Counted from the whole stretch's first letter, positions 1 to 14,400 are shown. The stretch: DNA of 61,536 nt, filler included, from Sphacelaria rigidula (GCA_964200075.2; 2 parts of 2 records of this genome joined end to end with filler, not necessarily neighbours in it), one strand, 5' to 3'. The notes: generated by a model from the sequence alone, not told the origin. A program made the numbers and translations.

Positions 1-687
1 CGCCAATATGAGGCGCTTCACGCAGCCTGAGCCCGAACATCAGGCGCTGTAAGGCCATTTTCTTCGGGACACTTTTAGCTGGTTTTGGGGGGAGGTTACC
101 GTAGAAAGTGTCGATGATGAATCGAAATTATCATTACCGTCCAAAATATTACCGCGGAAATAACGTTGTCCCGTTCCCATCCAGATCGCTATAACAAAAC
201 TCATATATTCACATTTCCGTCGAAACCATCACCGCGCAGATATTGGCTTTCCTGCGGTTTCTCATTACCACCCAAAAATACTGCGCAAATGTATTACTCC
301 CAATTACTGCGCAGGAAAGCAAAATACCCCACTCACCGCTCAGTCAACATTATTCCGTTACTCGGGTAGGACCGTGGAAGACGCGTAAGCGTTAGGTAGG
401 TGAAATGGGTCGAGGTTTCAGTCCTCATCATCCCACTTGAATATCGTTTTCCCTTCTTATTTTTTTGTCTTTTTTATGTTTATTTCCTATATTTTCCTTT
501 CTTTCATTTCTTTTGTTTGTTTGTTTGATTGTTTTTTGCATCTCGTGGGATGGCGTGTTTGTTTCAAGTCTTTTTCAAGAACCCTACCCCCAAGAGGATC
601 CGACAGTTGCTACCCGTTGGGGAATACGTACGCGCTGAAGCGCTGAAGCACGAAATGTTTTGTGTTTTTCCCTCCTGCTGTTGTAAA

Positions 688-1096
688 GACCACTTTGAAT
701 GGCAACCAATCCGTATTTGTACAAATATGAGGATTCCAGCCCGTTTGAATCCGATTTTCTCCCGCGAATTGATTTTTCGGACCCCAGTCCGTTGGGCAAC
801 GTTTTTTACCTAGCTCTGAGGAAACTGATCAATTCTCCGATTCTCTGGGCGCTGACTTTTGGGTCATCACCTTTCGGGGGAGATGCGGGAGTCCCCCGAT
901 CTGAGCAGTAAGGTGATGAACCAAACGTCCACGCCCAGAGAATCGGAGAACTGATCTGGTTTCCTCAGAACTAGGCGAAAAACATTGCCCAACGGACTGG
1001 GGTCCGAAAAATCAATCCACGGGAGAAAATCGGATTCAAACGGGCTGAAATCATCATATTTGTACAAGTACGGATTGGTTGCCATACAAAGTGGTC
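688..1096. mobile_element. Foldback/MITE with ~185-bp inverted arms
   Basis: gaccactttg... (688-~873) is a near-exact reverse complement of ~910-1096 (...caaagtggtc). This is also visible as mirror-image ORFs 699+ and 867-. Confidence 0.85.
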
Positions 1097-1199
1097 GAAG
1101 TAGCACTTGAGCTTCACATACAAAATAGTGAGGTCAACATAGATGAGCCGCGATGTGTTTCCACGGCTTTTTATTTTTTTACGATTAGGTACGAGAATG

Positions 1200-1470
1200 G
1201 TCTCTGCGCAATCCTTTTCCACCGAAGCCATACCGCCAATGCTGACGATTCCTAGCTGTTTGTTTCTTCTTCTGATTATTTCTTTCCTCTTTTTTGTTTG
1301 CTTAGTCTACTTTATCTGCTCTACCTTTCTGTTTTATTCATTCTTCTTCAGCGAATGTTTCTCTTTTGCTCCATATCAGGTACGCCAATCATGTGGTGGA
1401 TAATGACCACGGCTGGATCATGACTCCTGGGGGCGTTAGTCACAGTGCGACAATGACTCGATAAACATTA
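1200..1470 (+). repeat. Dispersed repeat, probably a retroposon 3' end, related to 22200-22755
   Basis: Shares ttccaccgaagccat, a T-rich tract and ggataatgaccacggctggatc with the 22.5 kb copy. Confidence 0.55.
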
Positions 1471-1859
1471 TGCAAATAGATGCCATATATGCCGCCCAAA
1501 TCGAAGAGCCCTAGCTATATCAACTGCAGGCTGTGATCCACCCCCTCGATGATATGAAAATTTCATTCCGGGGAAGGCCTGAGGGGAGGGGAGGGGGGGT
1601 GTACCCCATTGTCGAGCCATTGTCTGTGGCTGTGGGTTTTCGACCATTGGGTTATAAACTTCTAGCGGTGCGGTGGATCAAGAAAGGCACCGCAAGCTAT
1701 CATACATTGAGGCTTCAATTTTCTGGTCACTACCTGGAGTAGGTGAAAACAATATCTCCAGGCCAATAACCCCTCTTGTTCGTCCAAGGCTCCCCATGGG
1801 GGGCAAGGGGGCAGACTAGTCCCTATGCAGATTTATTTTCGCGCTAATACACAAACAAA

Positions 1860-2260
1860 TTAAGTCATTTGATCTTAGACTAGCTCTTGCCAGTTACTTG
1901 AACTGAGTATGGGTATGCCAGGTCACAGACTAGCTGAGGAAAGTTACGTCAACGGAGGACAGGTGAACGAAGGCACTTGATATTGGGCTAGCTGAGGCAG
2001 GATATTTGATCCACAGTTGGGTAGGCAATCTACTTTAACTGAAAACAGGTCACCCAGACCACTTGATCTTTGACTAACCGAGGAAAATCCCTTTGTTCAA
2101 GTATAGGTAACCAGTTCACTTGATCTAGCTGCAGCGAGTTACTTGAACACAAGTACAGGTGAATCAAGCTACACGATCTTAGTGTTGGTGCTCGAGTGGT
2201 GAACCAAGTTACTTGAACCGAGTACAGCTGCTGTGGCGAGCGAGAGTCTAGATGTTTAGA
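1860..2260. repeat. Degenerate minisatellite-like array
   Basis: Recurrent motifs agttacttgaac, cacttgatct and gactagct. Confidence 0.5.
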
Positions 2261-2689
2261 CTTCGAAAACGCGGCGAGACTCTCTCTCCCCTTCATGACA
2301 CGCATGCACGGCGCGAGTACACACCCGGGCCGTAACTTCTACCGTGCATAGATGTCGTATGTAAAGCAATGCATTACAATCGAACGGCCGCACACAGCGT
2401 AGTATTTGGTCTTCGTAACGGTAGAGAGAGCCACCAAAAGAAACTATCAAGTCTTGCACCACGTCCACTAACGGAATGTTTTTCAAGGGGGGGGGCAAAT
2501 ATCTTTTCCGACCCGTGAGGGAAGCGTACTCATTTGTTTCTGGCCTTCGTCGTTTGACCATCGACCACACATCCCTTTCGAAACGGAGCACCGTCCATAC
2601 TCCTGATGAAGACACCCCCAAAATTTCAGAGCTCATTGCGTTCCTTCCATTTATTATCACACGGAACTGTTTTATAGAGCTTGTCCCCT

Positions 2690-3290
2690 TTCTGCTTTGC
2701 CGTCTGTGGCCACCACCCATCTCGAAGTATCAGGAACGTTTTCTGGCTACTGTCTAATGTACTGAACGATTTTCTGCCACCTTCGTTTACTTCCCACACT
2801 TTACCGTTTACACGTACGTCCTGTTCCTCCTTACATAGTCCACATTCTGCCACTATGTGAATTCAAGTATTTAGTGATTCAACACATCTTTTCCCACAGC
2901 CCATTGCTCTACATGTTTCTTCATTCCTCGTGGTGTTTCAGATATCCCAATCAATGGAAATCACTCGCGAACACCAATCCCGACACCGCATCTCCCCCCA
3001 CCTTGACTCCATGCTTTGCTCCTCGTATGTTTTTTTATCGGTTCTTTAGTGCATAACTTAACTTAAGTGAGTGATAACTTACATCATTTTGCGACTCCTT
3101 GCAAAATACCAATGTGTATCGATAGTTTCCCATCTCGCATCTCGCACTTTTCGCATAATCTGTCATCTCTTTCACCATTCTCCACATCGTTCCCCTCATC
3201 CCAGTTTCCCACATCTTTGTACAAAGCCCATTCCCCCATTCTTTTGTCATGGGTATTCTGTACGTTTGAAAACAAATCAGTAAGTTGTTA
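2690..3290 (-). pseudogene. Non-LTR retrotransposon (LINE) ORF2 remnant
   Basis: Frameshifted RT-like peptide (…NGLCTKMWETGMRGTMWRMVKEMT…GILQGVA) plus a C-terminal ECGLCKEEQDV segment matching the 58.1 kb copy. Confidence 0.7.
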
Positions 3291-6200
3291 GCCCGGTGGC
3301 TTCCCTACCTGCAATAAACTTACCGAACGGCCCGCGACGGGGGGGGGGGGAGGGGCGTACTCATTCGTTGCTTGCCTTAGTCGTTTGACCATTGGCGGGG
3401 GAAGGGGGGCTATATGAGAGTTTTCTTCTTATTTCCCGCTGTGCGAGCACATGCCCGTCTAACGAGAAATACCTACTTGCCCAAAGGGAGGATGGGTACT
3501 CCTCAATGTATAACTATCACCTACTGTTTTTACTGAGCTGCAGTGTCTTGCTGTATAGTCAGTGTAGTGTCTCACCGTGGCCATTGCCAGCCCCGCGCCT
3601 CCGTACTCTAATGGTACAAATGACACGATTAGGCAGGGTGGAAAGAACGCGGGCTTTATTCCCGCTTGATGCGTTTGGGGCTTTCTCCAAAGCATTTGAC
3701 TTCCGTCCTTAAAAGCGTGACAAGTAGGGAAAAAAGGCTTCTGACAGACTCTGTGTAAATTGTTTGACGAGCGTCGACGCGGTGCGGGAGTGCTGATCCA
3801 ATCCGTGTGACCGAAATGCAAAGCGTGCACTGGGGGAAAGATGGGTTGATGCGTCGAGACCACAGACTCGCCCCGAGGAAGGGGGCATGCAAAATTGTGA
3901 CGGCAAAAACAAAATTATTGTATGTCCGCATTATTTTGGGACCTCGGACTATGTTGTGCCCCCCCGCGCTGTCGTGGGACCGTCACCGTGCTGTTGTTAC
4001 TGCACAGTCCTACTATCGTCGTTATCAATGACATCGGGGGGGGGACGGGGGGTACCTCCTCTCGAAAAATGGGGAACACGCCCACCTTTCTCCCCTAAGG
4101 CCTCCCCCAGAATGAGGTTTTACCAAGGTCTATGGGGCGGGTCACGGTCTGCAGTTGCAAGGGTCCCATGTTCCGATGTGGATTCCTCGTTGTTAGCCCC
4201 CTCTATACGAGCACCAAAAGAACGGACACTCGAAACCTCCTCGGGTTTATGTTGCCCACGCACATACGATCCCCGGGTGGTTAAGGCGTAGTTCAACTGG
4301 GTGTACTTGTGGAGAAACAGGGGCAATAAGATTCCCGCTGTACTTCTCCCTCTTTCTCCACAGCGTCCAAGGGGGTGAGGGAGGGGGTGGGGTGGGGGGT
4401 ACCTGACCTGCAGCTGGTAAGGCCCATTCCGATAAATAATCATATTCCATTAGTGGATAATGGCCAATGTCCTCAAGGCACTGTTGGATGGTGGTGATAT
4501 CGCAATAGTATGAAGGCCGTAAGCTTTTGAGATTGCGCAGTTACACACCATGCAGGCGGCAGCAGACAGACAAAAAACGTCGCCAAAGCAGCGGCTCAAT
4601 AGGTGCCCTACACCGTAGAAAGTAGACGGTAGAGGTGGTGCCAGAGGTCCACGCAGGCAACGGCCCCCAATCTTGTGGGATAAAATAGTAATAGGACGAC
4701 TCCAAACCTATGATGGGTGCTCGGGGGTAATTCTACGACGTTACCAGTCTCCACGCCTCCCCGATATTTTGAGCTGGCGAACTATGGGGGGCAAACCCAT
4801 CTCTAATCAAAGTGGACTATATTTACATTGCAGTACACCTGTGTTTTCGTGTGTGGCTAAGCGCTACTCGGAAGCATGACAAGCAGCCCGACGTCCTGGC
4901 CAACGCCAGGATGACTGCAACCTCCTCTCTCTTACCTACACGTCGATACCAGAGCTTTACTCAAGTCGTGGTGTGGCATGAGATATTACACAAAGGCCGC
5001 AGGATGGTGTTGACAATCACGACGGCACGCGCGACACGTCACCCGTTTTGACTGGGACTTGGTCCGTCTGGGTAGCCCTATCATTGACTCTACGTACTTT
5101 ACGTGAGCTGAGTTCCCTCCGCGTTGTGCATTGACTTGTGCACAGGGATACCCGTGTATTGAATACGAAGGTGTGAAGCCTCTCCCCCGTCCCACTTTCC
5201 TTATTTGAGGAGAGAAATGTCAGCTATTAGGCACTCAAACGTTTAAATACACGGAGTTTACTGGTCGGAATATCGAAATATGCAGCTGTTTCTTGCCTCT
5301 AATTGCGTGGCACCGGCCCTCTGCGTCCGTTGCGTGACAGTACCGTGTTAGATTGTAGTATATGGGTCATAACACACGGAGTGGGAAAAGATACAAACAG
5401 GTACTTCAGCATATATTACCCAAACCCTAGGGTGGTTCATGACTAGCTGTGAATATTGGAGTCGGCACTTCACGGCACTACAAACCTCCGAGGCATTAGT
5501 TTTTAATTGTTCAGAAGTCAAGCAAAACCTCCGTACCCTTGGTCTCGGCTCTTGCTGTGAAGGAGGGACTTAGGGTGAAGTAATGGGTCGCTCGTTCGCT
5601 ACGTCCGTATTCAACCGGGACCTCCCACTATACTGATGCAGTGTAAATACTTGATCTTAGCATGACATAGCCGACTTATGGCAAGTGTTCTTGACACTGT
5701 ACTGGTAGAGTGCAGTATGTCCTCGGAATTGGTATGGTATATCGGACTTGTGACGAGTGATTTTGACCGCACTATAGCGGGACCCCAGCTATACTGGGCT
5801 TCCACCTCCCGCTGGAGCATAATTCTACTACATGTGTGTAGCACGCAAATATTGTGGACATCACGTAAACAGGAAGACGGGCGGGGTGGGGGGGGGGAGA
5901 GTTACACATATTCAATCCTGATACCTCCCTGGACAGGAAGTGAATCGCGAGATCATCTTCTTATACTTTATGGTGATTCCTCAATGATCTTCGGGTACCG
6001 CAAAGACAGCCGCTTGACCTTTGATACGAAGGAATTTCCAATCGGTCGCATATATCGCACGGGAACCAGCATGGTGAAAAGTAGTTCTTGGCGTGTTCTC
6101 TTCGACGACGCACGCAAACCCTCTCTCGTATATGGATGATGGACCACGTTCATCTCACATACCCAGGTACAATACAAGAAAAAACTGTAGCACGACTTGA

Positions 6201-7574
6201 GCTGTGTTGTTGTGCGTGCCGTCCCACGACGCCACTCCGTTCCCGTGCCTGCTTCAGCTTCCGATTCAGTATCCGGCTCTGACCACCGATCCGTCCCCCC
6301 TTGCGTCAAGTTTCTCACCGAATCCTTTGATCACGAAGAGTTTGAACACTCATAGCAGGGGCAACCACAGACGAGTTTCAATTCACAACGAAGTGATCGT
6401 ACAATAAAGGGGGAGGGTTGTGAGGGAGGGGAAGGGTTGATTCTACACAAAACGGGGGCTCATGAGTGTGTCAGACCAGCTTACACCCTCGGTGCGCTTA
6501 TATATGGGTAAAAAATGTGTCAAACAGTTGGATGAGAGTGTTCTGTTGAAATCAAACGCGTTCATTCAAATTATCCTACTTTCAACGACGATTCGAAGTG
6601 GAATTTTCGCGGAAGAGATGGCCCAAAATACCCCCTTCCCCCCCCCCCTTCGAATTTGGTTATTGTAACCCTGATCCGGCGAAACCCCGGCGCGCTTTGT
6701 CTCCGCTCTGTAGGAATGCGAAGTCAATGGTCGTATAAAAACGGCATGCAAGATCACGAGTATCCCCGTATCGAAAGATGGCTCAATGTGGAAAACACGC
6801 ATACAAATTTAGACGCAACCCGCTACGTTGAAATGAGAAACCGATCTCGATCTCCATCCCGATCTCCATCTCGATTCTGATGTCGATTCCGACGTTTGAC
6901 GATGCCCCCTGAAGTTCGAACCGCCAAATGATTGATAAATTGGCTATCGCACATGAGATGATTCCCGAGGTATCCACCCCGTGGTCATTGTCTACAAAGT
7001 ATATGTACCAAGTAGGCACAACAGAAATAAATTCGCGCTCAGGCAGACGAAAAAAACCTCAGGATTATACAAATTGAGGACAGATTCTGTTGTGTAAAGG
7101 TGATCCTTGGGAACCTCAATTAAATTCGAAATGCACCCGCAAACAAGATGAAATTCTGATATACGGTCGTGATTTGTGGCCTCGCTCATCCTAGGAAACA
7201 CATTCATCAGCAATTTACACAATCACGTGTTGACAAGAGATTGTGGCCGAAAAGAGCAGGGTTTTTGCGAGAATGCAACAGGATCGAAACTGTTTGGACA
7301 CGAGATTCCACAAATTCCGGATGGTTTCTTTTGCGGATGGTCGAGGCCACACATCACGGCCGGAGAGTGCACTTTCATTTGTTTTTCAAACTATTATGAT
7401 TCTCGTAAATGTTCCCGAGGTTCATCTTGACAACAACACCATCCTCACCTGGTAAAATCCCGTGCTCAGGGTGTGAGACGTACGGAGAAAAATGAATCAA
7501 ACCGAGAAATGTGGACAAAAAAGAGGGACAAACACACGCGGCCCTTCGGCTACGCCCAAAACTCCCTGCACACG

Positions 7575-7865
7575 AAAACTGCCCCCTCCAGAGAGTTGGG
7601 GCTGGTCCCTGGAGATTTTCACTCCCTCTGGAGGGTTATAAATGGTTGACCCCTCCAGAGGGAGTAAACACCGCTCGAGGAATAGTGACCTCTACAGTGA
7701 CTTCATATCGTGTTGCACCCTCCCAAGTGCACATAACCCCTCAAGAGGGGCTCCATTTCCCTCCCCCTAGAGTGACATTGTGTGGGCCATTTCTCTGGCG
7801 AACTTCACTCCCTGTGGAGGGTGGATAGTATCCACCCTCTACAGGGATTAAATGCCTCCAGGGGC
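7575..7865. repeat. Cluster of ccctc(c/t)agaggg-like palindromic motifs, probably a DNA-transposon derivative
   Basis: Repeated ccctccagag/ctctggaggg in both orientations; a similar cluster occurs at 59030-59440. Confidence 0.5.
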
Positions 7866-8189
7866 TTCTTCCTGCTTTGGAGCGGTAGACGTTTGTGTGG
7901 AGGAACGTTTGGGGATAGCCAAATGGCCGGGTGTGAACAGAGCAGAAAAAAATGAAGAAGGAATAGTGGAAAGGAAAAGAAAAGGAAGGGGGGACGGAAA
8001 CACGAAGCGTTCGTGGAATATTTTCTCTATGGGCTATCGTCAACTTTCTTCAGCACTTATATCGTGCAAGTTAAACAGGAACCTCATTTACATCAACTGG
8101 TAGATATTAGACCCTTGAATGTAAGCTGGTGCGGGGGAACCCGTCACCGCCTTCGAGTCAACAGATCAAATTTCTCGTCCGCGTTCGTA

Positions 8190-8360
8190 GAACCTTTCCT
8201 TGGCCATCTGAGACGCCCCCTTCTCCCTCAGGAAGGACCCTTCCGCCAGCTCGACAAACACCTTGGATACCCCCAAGACCGTCAACAGGCCAAACGGCTC
8301 AGAAAAGAAGCTCGGAGTCCAAGGATTACTCATTTAACTTTGACTTTGACTTTGACTTCT
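8190..8360 (+). repeat. Probable retroposon 3' end with (TTTGAC)n tail
   Basis: Ends in aactttgactttgactttgactt. Confidence 0.4.
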
Positions 8361-9400
8361 GAACAAATTGAATGTTCACTACAAGACCCTATTCTGTTGA
8401 AAGTAATACTCAAGGGAACCCGTCGGCATGCGTGAGCTCAATCAAGTAGACTGCTTCGCCGTCGAATGTTTAGCTTTTTGACCGCGACACCCCTTGCATG
8501 GGCTCCTATAGATAGACTTTGATAATGCTTCTGGATTTTTTTTGTTTTTTCCAGGCACCCAGCGTTTCTATTCACACAAATAGATCAGGGTTGAGCACTT
8601 GTTTGATAATCAGCCTGGCAGCAATCCTGACGGGTTGTGAGCCAGTAGGTCAAGTCTGCGTTAGATTTTGCCCAGCCACGCAGGTGAGCTATATGCTTCA
8701 ATACTAACTTTCTGTACGGTGCACGCTAGCCACCACTGCTGCTGTGATACACGCATACACATTTTCTACGCATGCTCTCGCAGTCTTAGTTTCCTGGGTG
8801 ATGCTAGCACCGCTCGAGGTTGTTGCTAGGTACTACACCACCGGGGGTGAGTCGGTTTTTGTCTGAAACGAATGTACGCCGGAATTACCATATAATCCAA
8901 AAAAAAATCGGTACTAGCTAGTCCATTTGAGTGCAGCGTGTACCAGCTACCTGGATTTAATTTAAATTACTGTCATGACGTGAAGTGTATCGACTACTGG
9001 CCTTTAGTGTAGCGCTATAACTGCCTTGTTTTTCAGTGTGGGAATATTGAAGGAAAATCAAACAGCACGACGCAAGTCTGAATTCCAACTTTGAACCCAT
9101 CGAAGGTCAGGGTGGGTTACCGTCGTCTTGCACTCATGTTTCACGTGCAATAAATGCCGACTTGACGGATGAACCCACCCTGGCGGCCAGGGGTCGAAGG
9201 TAATACACATGGGTGTTTCATTGTGTGTGATCGTTGTGTTGTTCTGAAGATGTTGGGAAGAGAGATCGTGCATGTGCAAGGATGTGCAAAAGCTGTTCTC
9301 CATGACTAACGGGATCTATTGTAGTATTTTACGATCGAATACAAGTAGAAGCAAATGGAAAAGAAGGACATTAGTCCTAAATTGAATACCTCGTGTGCCA

Positions 9401-9654
9401 AGCAATGCTACGGTAAGGGTGTAAGTTTTGCGCAAAATCTTGTCTACTTCAGGGGCTCCTAACGATCTAGATGCTAAGGAATATGGGTCAGGGCATCCCC
9501 GGTTGCAAATCCATCCGGGACATCCCTGGCACATTGGAAAGGTAACCCTGACGTACTGTCACATTTGTCATAAGTTGTGTTCTGGATGAGATGAAGGGCT
9601 CCTAACAATTCTAGCCTCAGAAAATATTTGGGCACCCCTACCGTAGCATCGGTC
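9401..9654 (+). mobile_element. MITE family B, copy 1 (TIR (g)agcaatgctacggtaggggtgc), 5-bp TSD tgcca
   Basis: TIRs at both ends; tgcca at 9396-9400 and 9655-9659; homologous to 26608 and 58451. Confidence 0.8.
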
Positions 9655-10182
9655 TGCCATGTTGTCAGCCATTGGTGACGAAGTTGGCGTCTGCCTAAGC
9701 ATTAATCTACTTGCAACAACGACAAGTTGATGAACACAACCTTTTTCTCCCAAGCTCATATGCTCCATACAATTGGTGACTATCACTAGATACTCCGAAA
9801 TTCACGAGAAGCCAATAAGCTTCTTTGCGCCGGCAGTTGCGGCGTCCTTTTCACGAGGAGTGTTTGACAGTGAATATTATGACCCTTCTGTCGCGAGATA
9901 GACTTCTCCTGTCGGTGGTAAACACAGGAAGCATTGCGCAGAAGCGGTTACAACCAGGCAGCCGAAGCGTCCGCTTAAAATGTCGACTAAGTTCTTCGCA
10001 GGTGACCGCGGGTCAGGTGGATCTGCCTCCCCACGGTAGCTCGTTTTCTCGCCACGTGCTTTGCATGTGCGCACGTACTGCGTTGGAACTCGAAGATTAC
10101 CAGATACTGGTCGTTTCTAGAACGCGCCCCGCGATTACCATAACTCACAGTAGCGGACTCCGAATCACTCAACGAAGTCAGC

Positions 10183-10219
<37 letters not shown>

Positions 10220-10268
10220 CGCTCCCCATCCACCCACCAACGCCGCCCCCCCCCCCCCCCCCCCCCCC
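10183..10268. repeat. Poly-C tracts
   Basis: Two long C homopolymers. Confidence 0.95.
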
Positions 10269-10294
10269 TGGAAACGTGACGTCCATGAAGAGGT

Positions 10295-10659
10295 CAGTTG
10301 CGGTGTACATCCCATCTATTCTGGACGGCAGGCTACACCTTTCGGTATATGTGGGCGCACCGACCGGGGTCACACAGGAGGGCGGCTAACACAGGAGTCT
10401 TTGCCTAGTGTTTTCATATGCTTTAAAGTCGCCTTTCTTCTGCGGTGCTTGCCTTATTTTTATCGCGAGAGGGATTCAGCGATCCCTTTCCCTCGTCGAC
10501 CGTTAAGTCGATTTTTGTGTACCCATAACACAATCGCTCTCCACTGTTGGGCATTGTGTGACAAAAACCCCAGACCGTTTGACTGCACCGAGATTCGAAC
10601 CTGCGACCCAACCGTCAGAAGGTTCTGAGGTTACCAATTGAGCCACCGGGGCGACCGGC
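10295..10659 (-). mobile_element. tRNA-derived SINE, family A
   Basis: Minus-strand head gccggtcgccccggtggctcaattggtaacc...ggttcgaatctc carries Pol III A and B boxes; body shared with the copies at 41060, 44080 and 44420. Confidence 0.8.
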
Positions 10660-10891
10660 CATAAAAAGGCGAAATGAAATCCACTGAAGGTCGTGCGGTA
10701 TCGACAGAAAATTTTCTCTTGGCGATGTCACGACTCGTTCATTTAGTGCACTGATCCAACCTCGGCTCAACGTATGCCTCACTTTCCGCGGTACTACGCA
10801 TGATTCTTTGTCGTGCTTTGCATTTCAGACATATTTCCCCGCCCGAGCGGGGACTGCAGGTTAGCGTCACCAACATTCACGTCAGGGAAAT

Positions 10892-10918
10892 ATGGTGCGG
10901 GGCAGCACCAGTGACTTG
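10892..10918 (+). CDS. Candidate first coding exon of the TRP-like gene (MVRGSTSDL)
   Basis: ATG at 10892, 27 nt, followed by donor gtgaga. Phase 0 matches the acceptor at 11441. Short and unverified. Confidence 0.35.
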
Positions 10919-11440
10919 GTGAGAGTACGTCGCTTTCTTGGCGGTAGCGGGTTGAGTAGAGTAGAGAAAATTGCCAAGTGCACGCTTGAGGGTACTGCAC
11001 CTTCCCCGACGTTTCATACACGGTGCTTCCAACAACATGATCATGGTTGCCAACGCTCTTATGAAGCCTCATTTTATGCCCATTGTATACCAAGATCAAC
11101 CGCATACCCCTTGCGTACACTAGGTTTGCGCCACTCATTGATTCTATCTCTCGACCCGCCATGATGCCTCCTCTTACTATTATAAACTACTAGCGTCGGA
11201 GTAGCCGATGCTGATCGAGAGACACGCGTGTGTATGTTGACCAAATATCCCGAGCAGATTTGTAAAGAACAGAGAAGAAGAATAAGACAACGAAGGACTG
11301 CAGATAGGTACATCGTGTGAAGCGAGACTCGTCTTGTTCGCATATTTCACGAGCAGAAGTCACAGGTTGAATTATTTGTCGTGATGCCGACCCAGGTGCC
11401 GAGTTCCATGTGTCATATTGCTCTTGATATGCTATCGCAG

Positions 11441-14400
11441 ACATGGGGAGAAAAGCTGTACATCGCTCTGCGCAACGACATCAGGAAAAACCTGGACGTG
11501 GAATACACTGTGGACATTTATAGCCGTAAAAGTGAGCTTTGTGGAGAAAGAGGGACTGCGGTCATTGAGGAAGCTCTCGAGAAAAGGAACTGGGAGGATG
11601 GGCAGAACCACCTGATGTACGCGGCGTGTTTGGGAAACAAAACATCATTTATCTCTCTTGTGAAGATCATCCGAAAGACGGTGAGTACGCTAACTGTGAG
11701 TATGTCGTGAGCTGTACATGTCACTGAAGAGTATGATAGTGTTGAAGGGAGACTGCGCTGTGTGCGCGTCTCTGGTGACGGGTTGCGGTGGCGTATGGTT
11801 AATGAAGGGTGGACGCAAAATCTCTGTTTGTTTGGGCGACGGAAACGTTCTATCGATGAAATGAACCGTATGAAAAAGATTGTCACGCAGGAGAAGACGA
11901 AACGAAAATAAACATTTTCGTGAGGAGTTATACGTTGATGTCCATGATTTTGCTGGCGTCGACCCTTCATCAACTCTACGCCACCACAGTAGCTCTTCTC
12001 ACATCTACCGCCATTGGTGCTCTGTGACACATTCATGTCGGCCATCTTCCCTCGGTTGTCGCTGGGCATTTGTTGATGGGTCTCTTTGTCCCAGCTGGGA
12101 GGCCGTGTGCTGGTGAAGCAGTTGCGCGAGTACGACACTAGGGTCAACAGGCCGATTCTCCTACATGCGGCAGCGAGCAGGAACTTGCAATGCTTCAAGA
12201 GAGTTTGGGAGGAACTCGAGTCCACGGCAGGGTGGGGCGAACCGCGTGAGCAGCTGCAGGTAAAAGATCACAAGGGAAGGACGATAATCTTGCGCGCGGC
12301 AGCGAGCAAAAGAAGGCCGGTATTCAGGTATGTCCTGAAGCGTTTCCTCGCGTCTAATGCGTCGTCGAACGAGCTAGACTGGCTGGAAGTGCGAGACAAA
12401 AAGAAGATGGGAGTATTTCACCACGCGTGTCGACGTGGGTGCTCAGAGGTTCTCGAGTATATCGTCGAAAGGGCACTCGACAGGCAAACCCGTGGAGGAA
12501 GGTCACTAGGGACATATTTGTTGGAAGAGGATGGGCACGGGGTTACGCCGCTGATGCACGTCTTGCGCCACGACTGCCGGAAGCAGCCCTGCGAAGAGTT
12601 CGACAACAAGCTCAAACTTCTTTCGAAGGAAATGAGCGATGAAGAATGGAGGTCTGCCTTCCTGACTGCGAACGGCGAAGGTGCTACCGCCCTGATGCAC
12701 GCTGCACACGGAGGGCCGGTGCCCTTCGAAAGGGCACGTTCGGAAATTGTCAGTCAGCTAGAGCAGAATGGCCCCAATTCTGGCCTGAATCTCAATGACG
12801 GACTGAGAAGTGCAGCTGGTGACCGCGACGGAGCCGGCGTCAGCAGACGCGGTATGCTCTTGGCAGAGGCGGCTAGTGGCGGGCACATTGAGGTGCTGCG
12901 CTGTGTGTTGGACGGCATAAAGGTGACCTCCGTTGTCTTCCTGGGCGCTCATACACGAATGGCGTAAACCTAGAGTCGATCGCGTTTCGTGTGCCTTGCT
13001 TACAGCACATTGTTGTCTCCACACGCTACACAGAGATGACACAGACACGTCTCTAGCTCACCTGTCATGCCCCACACCCAGGTAGCACAGATACATCTCT
13101 AGCTCACTTGTCACGCCCATAGTGTTGCTACCGAAGGTTATATCCATGCAGTAGGAAGATACATTCTGCGAAGACAAGTTCGTGTCATCCGTACTCGAGG
13201 GTGTTTCACTCCTGTGGGACGGCACTCTAGACGTCAAGGTAGTGTCTGTGATGAAGGGTTCTAGAGGTGAAACATGTATCCTGGTACCAATAGACACTCT
13301 CAGAGATAGTTTGGAACGGTCGTATATGCTTGGACCGTATGGCAGCGGTGACCACTCGGCAACGTCATGCACGTGTTGCACGCTGGTTCACGACCAAGCG
13401 ACGTGTAATCGACATCACCGTGTAGGGAATATCTGCTGTGCATGGCTGTTTTCGCTTGTGTGCATTCCTTTACCGCACTTGCTGTTTTTCTTCTCGATTT
13501 GTTCCGTCAGACTGGCGTACTCCGAAAGGTCGACGAGGTGTCAGAAGTCGACATACCTGCTACTGATAATAACGGCGGAGAAGATGGCGCGCGCTTGTTG
13601 AGAGAGGCGATCAACTCCGCCACAAACGACAGGGGGACCATTTTCATGGCTGCAATCTCGTCTGGCAACCCTTCAATTGTACAGCTGGTGGAGGAATGCA
13701 TAACAGCAGTGTACGCATCCGATCCAGCTCAGGTGCGCCTGACGATGAAACAAGTTGTATATGCACGCATGATAGTTTCACTGCACTCATACGCTGCGGT
13801 ATATGTCGCATGCCGTATATCACCCGCAGATATATCATACTATGATGCATTCCACGACACTTGAAGCACGGAGCTTTGCCTGCAGGGAAAGGCGGCTTTA
13901 TTTTACGGTCGACTCGTCTCACGCCATCAGTGCATGTTGCCCGATAAGAAGCTTCACCCCTTGGAGACTCGGCATCGCCGATGTCAACATTGCTTTCCCT
14001 GTCCAACCTCTGCAAGCAATATCATTATCACGTCAGGTGTGGGAACTTCTTGGAGCCACATCAAGCCACAACCGTATCTGCCCGCTAACGTATGCCGCAT
14101 TAACGCCGGTGTCAATAACCCGGGACACATCACTGAGCGACAGACCCGCTGCGCTATTCCACGCGGTGTTTGATTCTCTCAAGAGGGTGAGTACGTCCTC
14201 GCTTGACACGATCGCAACGCCAAAAGCTCGAGACGACGACCTGTGCGTAATCACAGGCTTCAGAAGTGATGAGAGCTTAGAGCTCATAACAAATAGTTAT
14301 TTATCTTCAATGCCCTGACGTACGACCGCGCTACTGGTTGAGCATCTCAGGTTAGGGTCATTACCTTGCTCATCACACCACCTCGGTCAAGAAATGATTT

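Noticed and set aside
699..1106. Pair of near-identical small ORFs on opposite strands
   Set aside because: A consequence of the inverted repeat, not genes.
1860..2260. CRISPR-like repeat-spacer array
   Set aside because: Repeats are degenerate and irregularly spaced, there are no cas genes, and the context is eukaryotic.
9825..10628. 267-aa proline-rich ORF
   Set aside because: Produced by poly-C tracts plus an antisense SINE.
10585..10659. tRNA gene (also 44080, 44720, 34930, 51000)
   Set aside because: A/B boxes are present but there is no complete cloverleaf, and each is joined to a repeated body, so these are SINE heads.
11518..12225. 235-aa minus-strand ORF
   Set aside because: Antisense shadow of TRP exons and an intron; no recognisable motif.
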